A DNA stretch of 64,000 nt from an uncultured Microthrixaceae bacterium (lineage in GTDB: Bacteria; Actinomycetota; Acidimicrobiia; Acidimicrobiales; DATDAH01). The translations under genes and the position numbers were made by a program. The stretch spans positions 130,550 through 194,549 of the forward strand of contig CAZWMT010000002.1 in the NCBI GenBank assembly GCA_964635055.1, in the 5' to 3' direction. The notes beneath the pieces were generated by a model that did no database searches, was not told where the DNA came from, and saw only the letters and a list, made by a program, of their open reading frames with translations. This document shows, piece by piece, positions 1 through 7,542 of this stretch (the first letter of the stretch is position 1; each line of letters starts with the position of its first letter).

Positions 1-2
1 GC

Positions 3-1160
3 CAGGCCGCCGTGCCCCGCTGGGAGCTGGCCGACCTGTCGTGCACCACCACCGCCGGCGTGGACCTCACGGGCCGGACGGTCACGGTCGTCCTCGGACC
101 CGACCAGCACGTCACCTGCACGTTCACCAACACGTCGACCGGCATCACGGTGACGCAGGACACCCGTCCCGAGGCGCCGACCGACTTCTCGTTCAACCGG
201 TGCCGGGGCACGCGCTGTGTGCCCTTCACCCTGGACGACGACGCCGACCCCGCGCGGTCGAACCGCTCGATCGCCTCCGGCCTCGCCCCTGGCCGATACG
301 TGATCAGCCAGGGCGGGGCTCGCGGCTACGACCTGTCCCGGCTGCGGTGCGATGCCGCCGCCACCGTCGACCGGGACCACGGCCGGGTGACGATCGACCT
401 GCTCGCCCGCCAGCGGGTCGCCTGCACGTTCACCAACCGCTCGGCGGCGATCACCGTGGTCGAGTCGGCGTCGCCCGTCGGGGCCGACGACTTCACCTTC
501 ACGCGGTGCCGGGGCACGCGCTGTCGGGACTTCGCCCTGGACGACGACCGGGACCCGACGCTCCCCGACCGGCGCACGTTCGGCGGATTGGCGCCGGGCA
601 CCTACCGGGTGACCCAGACCGGCGCGCCGGCGCTGGGGCTGCACGGCCTGACCTGCGACCGTGGCGAGACCGTGGACCCGGAAACCGGCCGGGCGCGGAT
701 CGCGCTGACCGCGTACGAGCACGTCACCTGCACCTTCACCAACACCCCGGCGCCGCCGGCCAACGACGACTTCGCCGACGCGGCGCTCGTCACCGGGGCC
801 GAGGGCAGCGTGGAGGTGGACAACTCCTACGCCACGGCCGAGCCCGGCGAGCCGGCCCACGCGGGCAACGACGCGATCCGCTCGGTCTGGTACCGGTGGA
901 CCGCGCCGACCACGGGGTCGTACGACTTCTACACCTGCGGCAGCTTCCCGGGCCTCGACACGGTGATGGCGGTCTACTCCGGTACGGCGGTCGGGTCGCT
1001 GGCGCCACTGGCCGGCAACGACGACGGCTGCGGCGACTTCCTGCCGATCTACACCAGCAAGGTGACCTTCAGCGCCGTCGCGGGCACCACCTACCGCATC
1101 GCGGTCGACGGCTTCGCGGGATCGGCCGGACCCATGACCGTCAGCTGGGCCCCGACGTGA
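3..1160 (+). CDS. Secreted repeat protein, 5' end outside the window: three tandem ~115-aa Cys-containing modules plus a C-terminal PPC (pre-peptidase C-terminal)-like domain
   Basis: Frame is open to the window edge (no stop in 3-11). Three modules each carry RCRGTRC..LDDDxDP..LAPGxY..CTFTN. The C-terminus has NDDFADA..EPGEPAHAG..SVWYRWTAP..YRIAVDG, typical of PPC-type domains. GC3 is high. Confidence 0.7.
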   Translation, partial: QAAVPRWELADLSCTTTAGVDLTGRTVTVVLGPDQHVTCTFTNTSTGITVTQDTRPEAPTDFSFNRCRGTRCVPFTLDDDADPARSNRSIASGLAPGRYVISQGGARGYDLSRLRCDAAATVDRDHGRVTIDLLARQRVACTFTNRSAAITVVESASPVGADDFTFTRCRGTRCRDFALDDDRDPTLPDRRTFGGLAPGTYRVTQTGAPALGLHGLTCDRGETVDPETGRARIALTAYEHVTCTFTNTPAPPANDDFADAALVTGAEGSVEVDNSYATAEPGEPAHAGNDAIRSVWYRWTAPTTGSYDFYTCGSFPGLDTVMAVYSGTAVGSLAPLAGNDDGCGDFLPIYTSKVTFSAVAGTTYRIAVDGFAGSAGPMTVSWAPT

Positions 1161-1220
1161 CGCAGCCCCGGCCGCCGCGTCGGGGCGCATCGGTCGGGCG
1201 GTCGCCCTAACCTCTGTCCC

Positions 1221-1610
1221 GTGGACTTCGGGCCCCAGGTCGTTCAGGGTGCCGCCCCCAGTGGTGCGGGGGGCACCATCGACTACCGCCTGGCCCGCCA
1301 CGCCCTCGTCTCCGAGTTCAAGAAGGGGCGGCTGGCCGAGCACGAGGTGTGCGACGCCCACCCGGAGCTGGTGCGGGCGGCGCGTGAGCTGGGCGACCCC
1401 ACCTCGCAGCCCTGCCCCATCTGCGAGGAGACCAACGTGGTGCTGGTGTCCTACGTCTTCGGTCCTCGCCTGCCGTCCCACGGCCGTTGCATCAGCCACA
1501 AGGGCGAGCTGGCCAAGCTGGCCCGCCGCTCGGGGAACTTCACCTGTTACGTCATCGAGGTCTGCCCCAACTGCGCCTGGAACCACATGGCCCGGGTGTT
1601 CTCCCTCTGA
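1221..1610 (+). CDS. DUF5318 family protein (actinobacterial, usually next to a class A PBP)
   Basis: IDYRLARHALVSEFKKGR..CDAHPEL..CPICE..VSYVFG..CPNCAWNH matches the DUF5318 pattern. GTG start has TAACCT (1208-1213) 7 nt upstream, consistent with a leaderless start. Confidence 0.85.
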   Translation: MDFGPQVVQGAAPSGAGGTIDYRLARHALVSEFKKGRLAEHEVCDAHPELVRAARELGDPTSQPCPICEETNVVLVSYVFGPRLPSHGRCISHKGELAKLARRSGNFTCYVIEVCPNCAWNHMARVFSL

Positions 1611-1661
1611 TTTCCTCTGGGCCAGGCGCGGGCGAACGGAACCAACCGGGGCCGCCCGACG

Positions 1662-1689
1662 TGTAACACCCTGATGCCCACGTTACGAT
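1662..1689 (+). promoter_or_regulatory. Candidate sigma70-type promoter upstream of the PBP gene (-35 TGTAAC, 16-nt spacer, -10 TACGAT)
   Basis: TGTAAC at 1662-1667 and TACGAT at 1684-1689 in a locally lower-GC intergenic stretch. Pattern match only. Confidence 0.35.
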
Positions 1690-1690
1690 C

Positions 1691-4087
1691 GTGTTGCGAC
1701 GCCGCGGCCCTTCTCGGCGCGACGCAAACCGACCCCTTGGCCCCGAGTCACCCATGAGCGATCCTTCCAGCGCGGTGCGAGACGTCCCCGAGGGGATGCG
1801 CGTCACCAAGCGCGGCAAGCTGAAGAAGCTGCGCAAGCGCAGCCTCCTCTGGCGCCTGCGCCGGGTGTTCTACCTGGCCCTGCTGCTGGTCGTGGCCGGT
1901 GTGGCCGGAGCGTTCTGGGTGCTGTCGCAGGTGAAGCTGCCCGCGGCCAACGACCAACTGCGCCAGACCAGCTACGTCTGCTTCGCCGACCGCCAGGGAA
2001 CCTGCGGGCCCGGCAACTCGGACTTCAAGCTGAAGGGCGACGAGGACCGGGCCGACATCCGCTACGAGGACCTGCCCGACGTCGTGGTCGAGGCCGTGAT
2101 CTCCGCCGAGGACCGCGACTTCTTCCAGCACGGCGGCATCGATCCCGTGGGCATCGCCCGGGCCGTGATGGCCAACGCCAACGACGAGCAGATCACCCAG
2201 GGCGGGTCGACCATCACCCAGCAGTACGTGAAGAACGTCTACCTCACCCGCGAGCGGTCGGTCACCCGCAAGCTGCGCGAGGCCGTCCTGGCGGTACGGG
2301 TGGACGACGAGCTCTCGAAGGAGGAGATCCTCGAGCGCTACCTCAACACGATCTACTTCGGTCGGGGCGCTTACGGCATCCAGGCCGCGTCCCAGGCCTA
2401 CTTCCGCCACGACATCCAGGAGCTCGACGGCCTCGTGCCCGATGCCGAGGGCAACCCGACCACGGCGTTCTCACCCGTCGAGCTCGCCCAGGTGGCCTAC
2501 CTGGCCGGCCTGATCCGCGCCCCCGAGCGGGCCGACGCGCAGCGAAACCCCCGGGTCGCCACCCAGCGCCGCGACTCGGTGCTCGACGCCATGCTCGAAG
2601 AGGGCTACATCGACCAGGCGCAGCGCGACGCCGCCGCGGCCGAGGGCTGGGAGGTGGACGACCTGTTCGCCTCGAAGAACATCGTGTCGCGATCGCCCGC
2701 AACCACCCTGGGGACGGTCCGCGACTGGGAGCACGGCACCGAGTACTTCGCGGAGTACGTGCGCCAGCAGCTCGTCGAGCAGTTCGGCGAGGACCAGGTC
2801 TACGGCGGCGGCCTGCGGGTGTACACGACGCTGTACCCCCAGATCCAGGACGCGGCCTACGAGACGGTCACGGGCACGCTGAACGTCCCGGGTGACCCCG
2901 CGGCGTCGATCGTGGCCCTCGACGACCGGGGCCGGGTGCGGGCCATGATGGGCGGCACCGACTTCGCCAACCAGTCCGTGAACCTGGCCGTCGGTGTGGA
3001 TGGCGGCGGCTCGGGTCGCCAGCCCGGTTCGTCGTTCAAGCCCTTCGCCATCGCCACCGCGCTGCGTCAGGGCTACTCGGCCGAGGCCCGCATCACCGTG
3101 CCTGGCAGCGCCGCGTTCAACCTGGCCGACTACGGCGCCGGTGTCGGCACCTGGCGGGTCTCTGGGGGCGGCGGCACCTACAACATGATGACCGCCCTGC
3201 CGCACTCTTCGAACATGTTCTACGCCACCTTGATGCTCAAGCTCGGGGCCCAGAGCGTCATCGACACGGCCCATCAGATGGGCATCACCGCGCCGCTCGA
3301 CCCCCCGGTGCCGTCGATTGTGCTGGGTGCCGGTGAGGTCTCGCCGCTCGACATGGCCTCGGCGTACTCGACGTTCATGAACCACGGCACCCACTACGAG
3401 CCCCAGGTGATCACCCGGGTGGAGGACAGCGACGGCAACGTGATCTGGCAGCCGCCCGAGACCGGCCAGCAGGTGCTCACGCCCGAGATCGCGGACATCA
3501 CCACCACCGCCATGCGAGGCGTGGTCACGAACGGCACGGCCACGGCGGCGCGACTCGACGACGTCGAGGTCGCGGGCAAGACGGGCACCACCCAGAACAA
3601 CAAGGACGCCTGGTTCGTGGGCTTCCGGTGCAACTTCGTGGCCTCGGTGTGGATGGGTTACCCCGGCTTCGACGGCCAGCCGGTACTGCCCATGAACAGC
3701 GTGCACGGCGAGCGCCAAGAGGGCGGTCGTCTGCCCGCGCGCATGTGGCACGACTTCATGACCCGTGTCGCCGACGAAGGGCTCCTCAACGACAACTGCG
3801 AGCTGGCCGACGTCACGGAGTTCCCCGACGGCAAGGACTTCACCGACGAGGACCTGCCCGGCGGTGCCTTCGGCGGCGGCAGCGGCGGCGGTACCTCCGT
3901 CACCGTGGCGCCCCAGACCCCGGTCGACGTCACCGTGCCGCCGGTGACGTCGCCGCCCGTCACCACGCCACCGGTCACCGACCCGCCGATCACGACGCCG
4001 ACGACCGCCAGCCCGCCGCAGGTTCCGCAGGGGTTGGCCGCCGAATCGGAGCCGGACGAGCGAAGACCGCGAGCCTCGCCGCCGTGA
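1691..4087 (+). CDS. Class A penicillin-binding protein (GT51 transglycosylase + transpeptidase) with Pro/Thr-rich C-terminal tail
   Basis: N-terminal TM. GT51 motifs EDRDFFQHGGID and GGSTITQQYVKN. Transpeptidase motifs SSFKPF (SxxK) and KTGTT. Tail is VTSPPVTTPPVTDPPITTPTT. Start is uncertain (GTG 1691, or ATG 1754 giving MSDPSSAV). Confidence 0.93.
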   Translation: MLRRRGPSRRDANRPLGPESPMSDPSSAVRDVPEGMRVTKRGKLKKLRKRSLLWRLRRVFYLALLLVVAGVAGAFWVLSQVKLPAANDQLRQTSYVCFADRQGTCGPGNSDFKLKGDEDRADIRYEDLPDVVVEAVISAEDRDFFQHGGIDPVGIARAVMANANDEQITQGGSTITQQYVKNVYLTRERSVTRKLREAVLAVRVDDELSKEEILERYLNTIYFGRGAYGIQAASQAYFRHDIQELDGLVPDAEGNPTTAFSPVELAQVAYLAGLIRAPERADAQRNPRVATQRRDSVLDAMLEEGYIDQAQRDAAAAEGWEVDDLFASKNIVSRSPATTLGTVRDWEHGTEYFAEYVRQQLVEQFGEDQVYGGGLRVYTTLYPQIQDAAYETVTGTLNVPGDPAASIVALDDRGRVRAMMGGTDFANQSVNLAVGVDGGGSGRQPGSSFKPFAIATALRQGYSAEARITVPGSAAFNLADYGAGVGTWRVSGGGGTYNMMTALPHSSNMFYATLMLKLGAQSVIDTAHQMGITAPLDPPVPSIVLGAGEVSPLDMASAYSTFMNHGTHYEPQVITRVEDSDGNVIWQPPETGQQVLTPEIADITTTAMRGVVTNGTATAARLDDVEVAGKTGTTQNNKDAWFVGFRCNFVASVWMGYPGFDGQPVLPMNSVHGERQEGGRLPARMWHDFMTRVADEGLLNDNCELADVTEFPDGKDFTDEDLPGGAFGGGSGGGTSVTVAPQTPVDVTVPPVTSPPVTTPPVTDPPITTPTTASPPQVPQGLAAESEPDERRPRASPP

Positions 4088-4275
4088 GCGAGGCCCCGCC
4101 GAACCCCGCCTGCACCTCCTGTGGGCGAGACGACGAGCCGCTGACCGCGGTGCACCGCGTGTACGTCACCCCGGAGGCGTGGGACACGCCGGGCCGGGCC
4201 GACGTGCAGGCCGAGGTCGAGCACTGGTGCTTCGTGTGCCAGACGCACTACCCCCATGAGGTCGTGCCGGGGTAG
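4084..4275 (+). CDS. Small zinc-ribbon-like protein (63 aa) translationally coupled to the PBP gene
   Basis: GTG 4084 overlaps the PBP stop (GTGA). CxxC (CTSC) and CxxC (CFVC) pairs are present. GC3 is very high. No family recognised. Confidence 0.55.
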   Translation: MSEAPPNPACTSCGRDDEPLTAVHRVYVTPEAWDTPGRADVQAEVEHWCFVCQTHYPHEVVPG

Positions 4276-4329
4276 CATTGGGCAACCGCCGGCAGCCGAG
4301 GGGCGCTGGACGGGGAAGGAGGCTCAGAC

Positions 4330-5223
4330 ATGAGCACAGCCAAGATGACCGCTCCTGCTGCACGCGCCCGCACCGCACCGGAGGTGCGCAGGTGCAAGGT
4401 CGCCGACGGTGCCGACCCGCTGGTGATGGTGACGGCGTACGACGCGCCCGGTGCCCGCATCGCCGACGAGGCCGGGGTCGACCTGATCCTGGTCGGGGAC
4501 TCGCTGGCCATGGTGGTGCTGGGCTACGACGACACGTTGCAGGTGACCATCGAGGACATGGCCCACCACACCGCCGCCGTCGCCCGGGCCAAGCCCCGGG
4601 CGCTGATCGTGGGCGACCTGCCGTGGATGAGCTACCACGTGTCGGTCGAGGACACGGTGCGCAACGCCGCCGCCCTGGTCCGGGCCGGCGCCCAGTGCGT
4701 GAAGCTCGAGGGGGGGCGCAAGCGCCTGCCCATGATCGAGGCCATCGTGGCCGCCGAGATCCCGGTGATGGGCCACCTGGGCCTCACCCCGCAGTCGGTC
4801 CACGCCATGGGCGGGTTCAAGGTGCAGGGCAAGGAGCACGAGGCCGCGCTCGAGCTGGTGGCCGAGGCCAAGGCCCTGGCCCACGCGGGCTGCTTCGCCA
4901 TCGTGCTGGAGGGCGTCCCGGACGTGGTGGCCGCCATGGTCACCGACGCGGTGGACGTGCCCACCATCGGCATCGGCGCCGGCGGCCGCTGCGACGGCCA
5001 GGTGCTGGTCTTCCACGACCTGCTCGGCATCGAGGACCGGGTGGCGCCGAAGTTCGTGCGCCGCTACGCATCGCTCAAGGACGACGCCGTCGCGGCCATG
5101 TCGGCCTTCGCCGACGACGTGCGGTCCGGCCGCTTCCCGAGCGACGACGAGAGCTACCACGTCAGCGCGGACGTGGCCGAGACCCTCGAGCTCTACGGCT
5201 CGACGCCTCCCCCCGGCGCCTGA
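4330..5223 (+). CDS. panB: 3-methyl-2-oxobutanoate hydroxymethyltransferase (pantothenate biosynthesis)
   Basis: VMVTAYDAPGARIADEAGVDLILVGDSLAMVVLGYDDT..VKLEGG..GHLGLTPQS are PanB signatures. SD GGAAGGAGG lies upstream of the ATG. Confidence 0.95.
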   Translation: MSTAKMTAPAARARTAPEVRRCKVADGADPLVMVTAYDAPGARIADEAGVDLILVGDSLAMVVLGYDDTLQVTIEDMAHHTAAVARAKPRALIVGDLPWMSYHVSVEDTVRNAAALVRAGAQCVKLEGGRKRLPMIEAIVAAEIPVMGHLGLTPQSVHAMGGFKVQGKEHEAALELVAEAKALAHAGCFAIVLEGVPDVVAAMVTDAVDVPTIGIGAGGRCDGQVLVFHDLLGIEDRVAPKFVRRYASLKDDAVAAMSAFADDVRSGRFPSDDESYHVSADVAETLELYGSTPPPGA

Positions 5224-5235
5224 GGGCCTCGAACT

Positions 5236-5264
5236 CGGGCCGGGCAGCGCAGCTGGCCGGCCCG
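5236..5264 (+). terminator. GC-rich hairpin 13 nt after the panB stop
   Basis: CGGGCCGG (5236-5243) pairs with CCGGCCCG (5257-5264), with inner CAGC/GCTG pairing. No U-tract, as is common in high-GC actinobacteria. Confidence 0.45.
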
Positions 5265-5385
5265 TAAGGTGTACCCTGTGCGTCACGGGAGGGGTCCCGA
5301 CGTCGGGGTACGAGTGCTCGACCCGCTCGACGTCGAGGTCGACGGACGACAGCTCGCGTCTATCGCCCGGGACCGCGGGTAGCTC

Positions 5386-7341
5386 GTGGCGACGGAGGGG
5401 GACGACCCGACGGTCGTCGATGTGCGGGTGCTCGGTGCCCTCGAGGTCGAGGTGGGGGGTGTCGCGCTCGCGCTCCCGTCGAAGGTGGAGCGGTCCGTGT
5501 TCGTGGCCCTCGCACTGCGGCCGGGGCGAACGGTCACCGTGGCGACGCTCGCCGCCGACGTGTGGGGCGACGAGTTGCCTCGCTCCTGGCGCAAGAACAT
5601 CCACGTGCGGATCTCGCGCCTGCGCCAGCGGCTGGGGAGCCAGACCGGGGGGTCCGAGCTGCTGATCACCGCCGATGACGGGTACCGCTTGGCGGTGGAC
5701 CCGGATCGGGTGGACGCCGTGCGGTTCGAACGCCTCCTCACCGAGGGGAGCCGGCTGCTCGCCGACGGCGCGCCGCACGAGGCGGAGCGCGTGCTGGGGG
5801 CGGCCATGACCCTGTGGCGGGGCGAGCCGCTGTCGGAGATCGCCGACACCCCGGTCGGCCAGGTGGAGACCACCCGGCTCACCGAGCTTCGCGACGTGGC
5901 CATCGACGAGCGGCACGAGGCGCTGCTGGCCGTCGGCGGGCACCACACGCTGGTCGCCGCCCTCGAGGGTGGGGTGGCCGCCCACCCCCTCCGGGAGCGG
6001 CGCTGGGCACAGCTGATGCTCGCGCTGTACCGCAGCGGCCGTCAGGGTGAGGCCCTCCGCGCCTACCAGCGGGCGAGAGCGGTGCTCGGCCACCAACTGG
6101 GCATCGAGCCGGGCGCCCAGCTCCGCCGGCTCGAGGCGGCCATCCTCCGCAACGACCCGGCGCTCGACCTCCCCGCCTCGCCGACGCCCGGCGAGATGCC
6201 GTCGGGCCAGATCGTCGACGCGGCACCGGGCGGGCCGCCGGAGGTGGTGGCGTCGCACCTCGAGTGGGCCGAACGTCACCGGGAGGTGGTGGCGTTCATC
6301 GGCCGCGCTGAGGACGTCGAGCGTCTCCACGCGGTCTGGCGGCGGTGCCGGGACGACGAGGTGGTCGGGGTGCTCGCCGTGCGCGGCGACGCAGGGGTGG
6401 GCAAGACCCGGTTGGCGGCGGAGGTCGCGCTGCAGGTCGCCGGCGAGGGCGGGCTGGTGTTGCACGGTCGCTGCGAGCCCGACATCCCGTTGTCGATCCT
6501 CCGGGGCTCGGTCCGTTCCTTCGGGCTGCGCCCGGGGGACGACGCCTCCCTGGGGTCGTCCGCGGTCGTCGACCTCGGCCTGGAGGTCTACGAGGCCATG
6601 AAGGCCGAGGCTCGCCGGCGGCCGGTGTTGCTGGTGATCGACGACGCCCAGTGGGCTGATCCCTACACGGTCATGATGGTGCGGTTCCTGTGCGACCGGC
6701 CGATGCTCGACGATTCCCTCCCCGTCCTGGCGCTCGTGTTGCTCCGCGACGGCTCGTCGTGGCCCGCCGGCCTGGCCGAGGTCTTGAACGAGATGCAGCG
6801 CCACGAGGTCTACCGGACCCTCCACGTCGAGCCTCTCGGACGCGCCGATGCCGAGGCGCTGCTCGCCGAACGACTGGGCGAGGAGGTCGACCCCGACGAG
6901 GTCCGCCCCCTCCTCGACGATCTCGGGGGCATCCCCGAGGTCGTGCTGGCGATGGCGAAGCACCTGCTCGACACGAACCAGCCGCCGACCCTCGGAGGGG
7001 TGGACGTGGTCGGCGTGCCCGATCCCACCCGAGTGGCGATCGGCCGCCAACTCGACGAGTTGTCCGACGAGGTGCTGCGCCTCCTGCGGGCGGCGTCGGT
7101 CCTCGGGAACCGCTTCGCGCTGGTCGATGCCGCCGCCGCGGCAGGGCTCGACGAGGAGGCCGTCCTCGATCAGCTCGACCACGCCATCGAGGCGCGCCTC
7201 GTCGACCCGGTCGCCGGTGACGCCGCCAGTTTCACCTTCGTGACCGGCGCCGTGCGGCGGGTGCTCCTCGACCGGCTCACCGCCGCCCGCCGGGCCCGGA
7301 TCGAGGCGCGCTTGTCCCGGGCAGCGGGCGGCGCGACCTGA
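5386..7341 (+). CDS. AfsR/SARP-family regulator (OmpR-type winged helix + BTAD + P-loop NTPase), copy 1
   Basis: VRVLGALEVEVGG..VWGDELP..NIHVRISRLRQRLG (wHTH). BTAD is WRGEPL..RERRWAQLMLALYRSGRQGEALRAYQRARAVLGHQLGIEPG. Walker A is GDAGVGKTRLAAE. Confidence 0.9.
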   Translation: MATEGDDPTVVDVRVLGALEVEVGGVALALPSKVERSVFVALALRPGRTVTVATLAADVWGDELPRSWRKNIHVRISRLRQRLGSQTGGSELLITADDGYRLAVDPDRVDAVRFERLLTEGSRLLADGAPHEAERVLGAAMTLWRGEPLSEIADTPVGQVETTRLTELRDVAIDERHEALLAVGGHHTLVAALEGGVAAHPLRERRWAQLMLALYRSGRQGEALRAYQRARAVLGHQLGIEPGAQLRRLEAAILRNDPALDLPASPTPGEMPSGQIVDAAPGGPPEVVASHLEWAERHREVVAFIGRAEDVERLHAVWRRCRDDEVVGVLAVRGDAGVGKTRLAAEVALQVAGEGGLVLHGRCEPDIPLSILRGSVRSFGLRPGDDASLGSSAVVDLGLEVYEAMKAEARRRPVLLVIDDAQWADPYTVMMVRFLCDRPMLDDSLPVLALVLLRDGSSWPAGLAEVLNEMQRHEVYRTLHVEPLGRADAEALLAERLGEEVDPDEVRPLLDDLGGIPEVVLAMAKHLLDTNQPPTLGGVDVVGVPDPTRVAIGRQLDELSDEVLRLLRAASVLGNRFALVDAAAAAGLDEEAVLDQLDHAIEARLVDPVAGDAASFTFVTGAVRRVLLDRLTAARRARIEARLSRAAGGAT

Positions 7342-7435
7342 GCGCTCCGCCCGGTCAGGCGGGCCGGTGCTCGGCGGGCCGCTCGGGTGGGCCGAGGCTC
7401 GGTCGGCGCTGACGTACGGCCGGCACTGCCGTCCC

Positions 7436-7466
7436 GATGTCGCCGTGGTTGGGATGTGGTGTCGCC
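7436..7466 (+). promoter_or_regulatory. Direct repeat GATGTCGCC / GGTGTCGCC, 22-nt register, upstream of the LPVTG protein gene
   Basis: GATGTCGCC at 7436-7444 and GGTGTCGCC at 7458-7466. The same nonamer recurs upstream of the two downstream paralogue genes. Confidence 0.35.
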
Positions 7467-7542
7467 ACCATCGGATTGAGTCCGGGGTGTGCCTCGGGCC
7501 GAGCGGTCGGGGTGGACCAACGGAAAGGGCACGGCATCGGCC

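Noticed and set aside
5265-5385. Repeated TCGAC/CTCGAC pentamers upstream of the first SARP gene (..CTCGACCCGCTCGACGTCGAGGTCGACGG..), considered as possible autoregulatory SARP boxes.
   Set aside because: The spacing is irregular (not 11 or 22 nt). The sequence is self-complementary low-complexity common in GC-rich DNA, and it is unrelated to the GGTGTCGCC motif shared by the three target genes.
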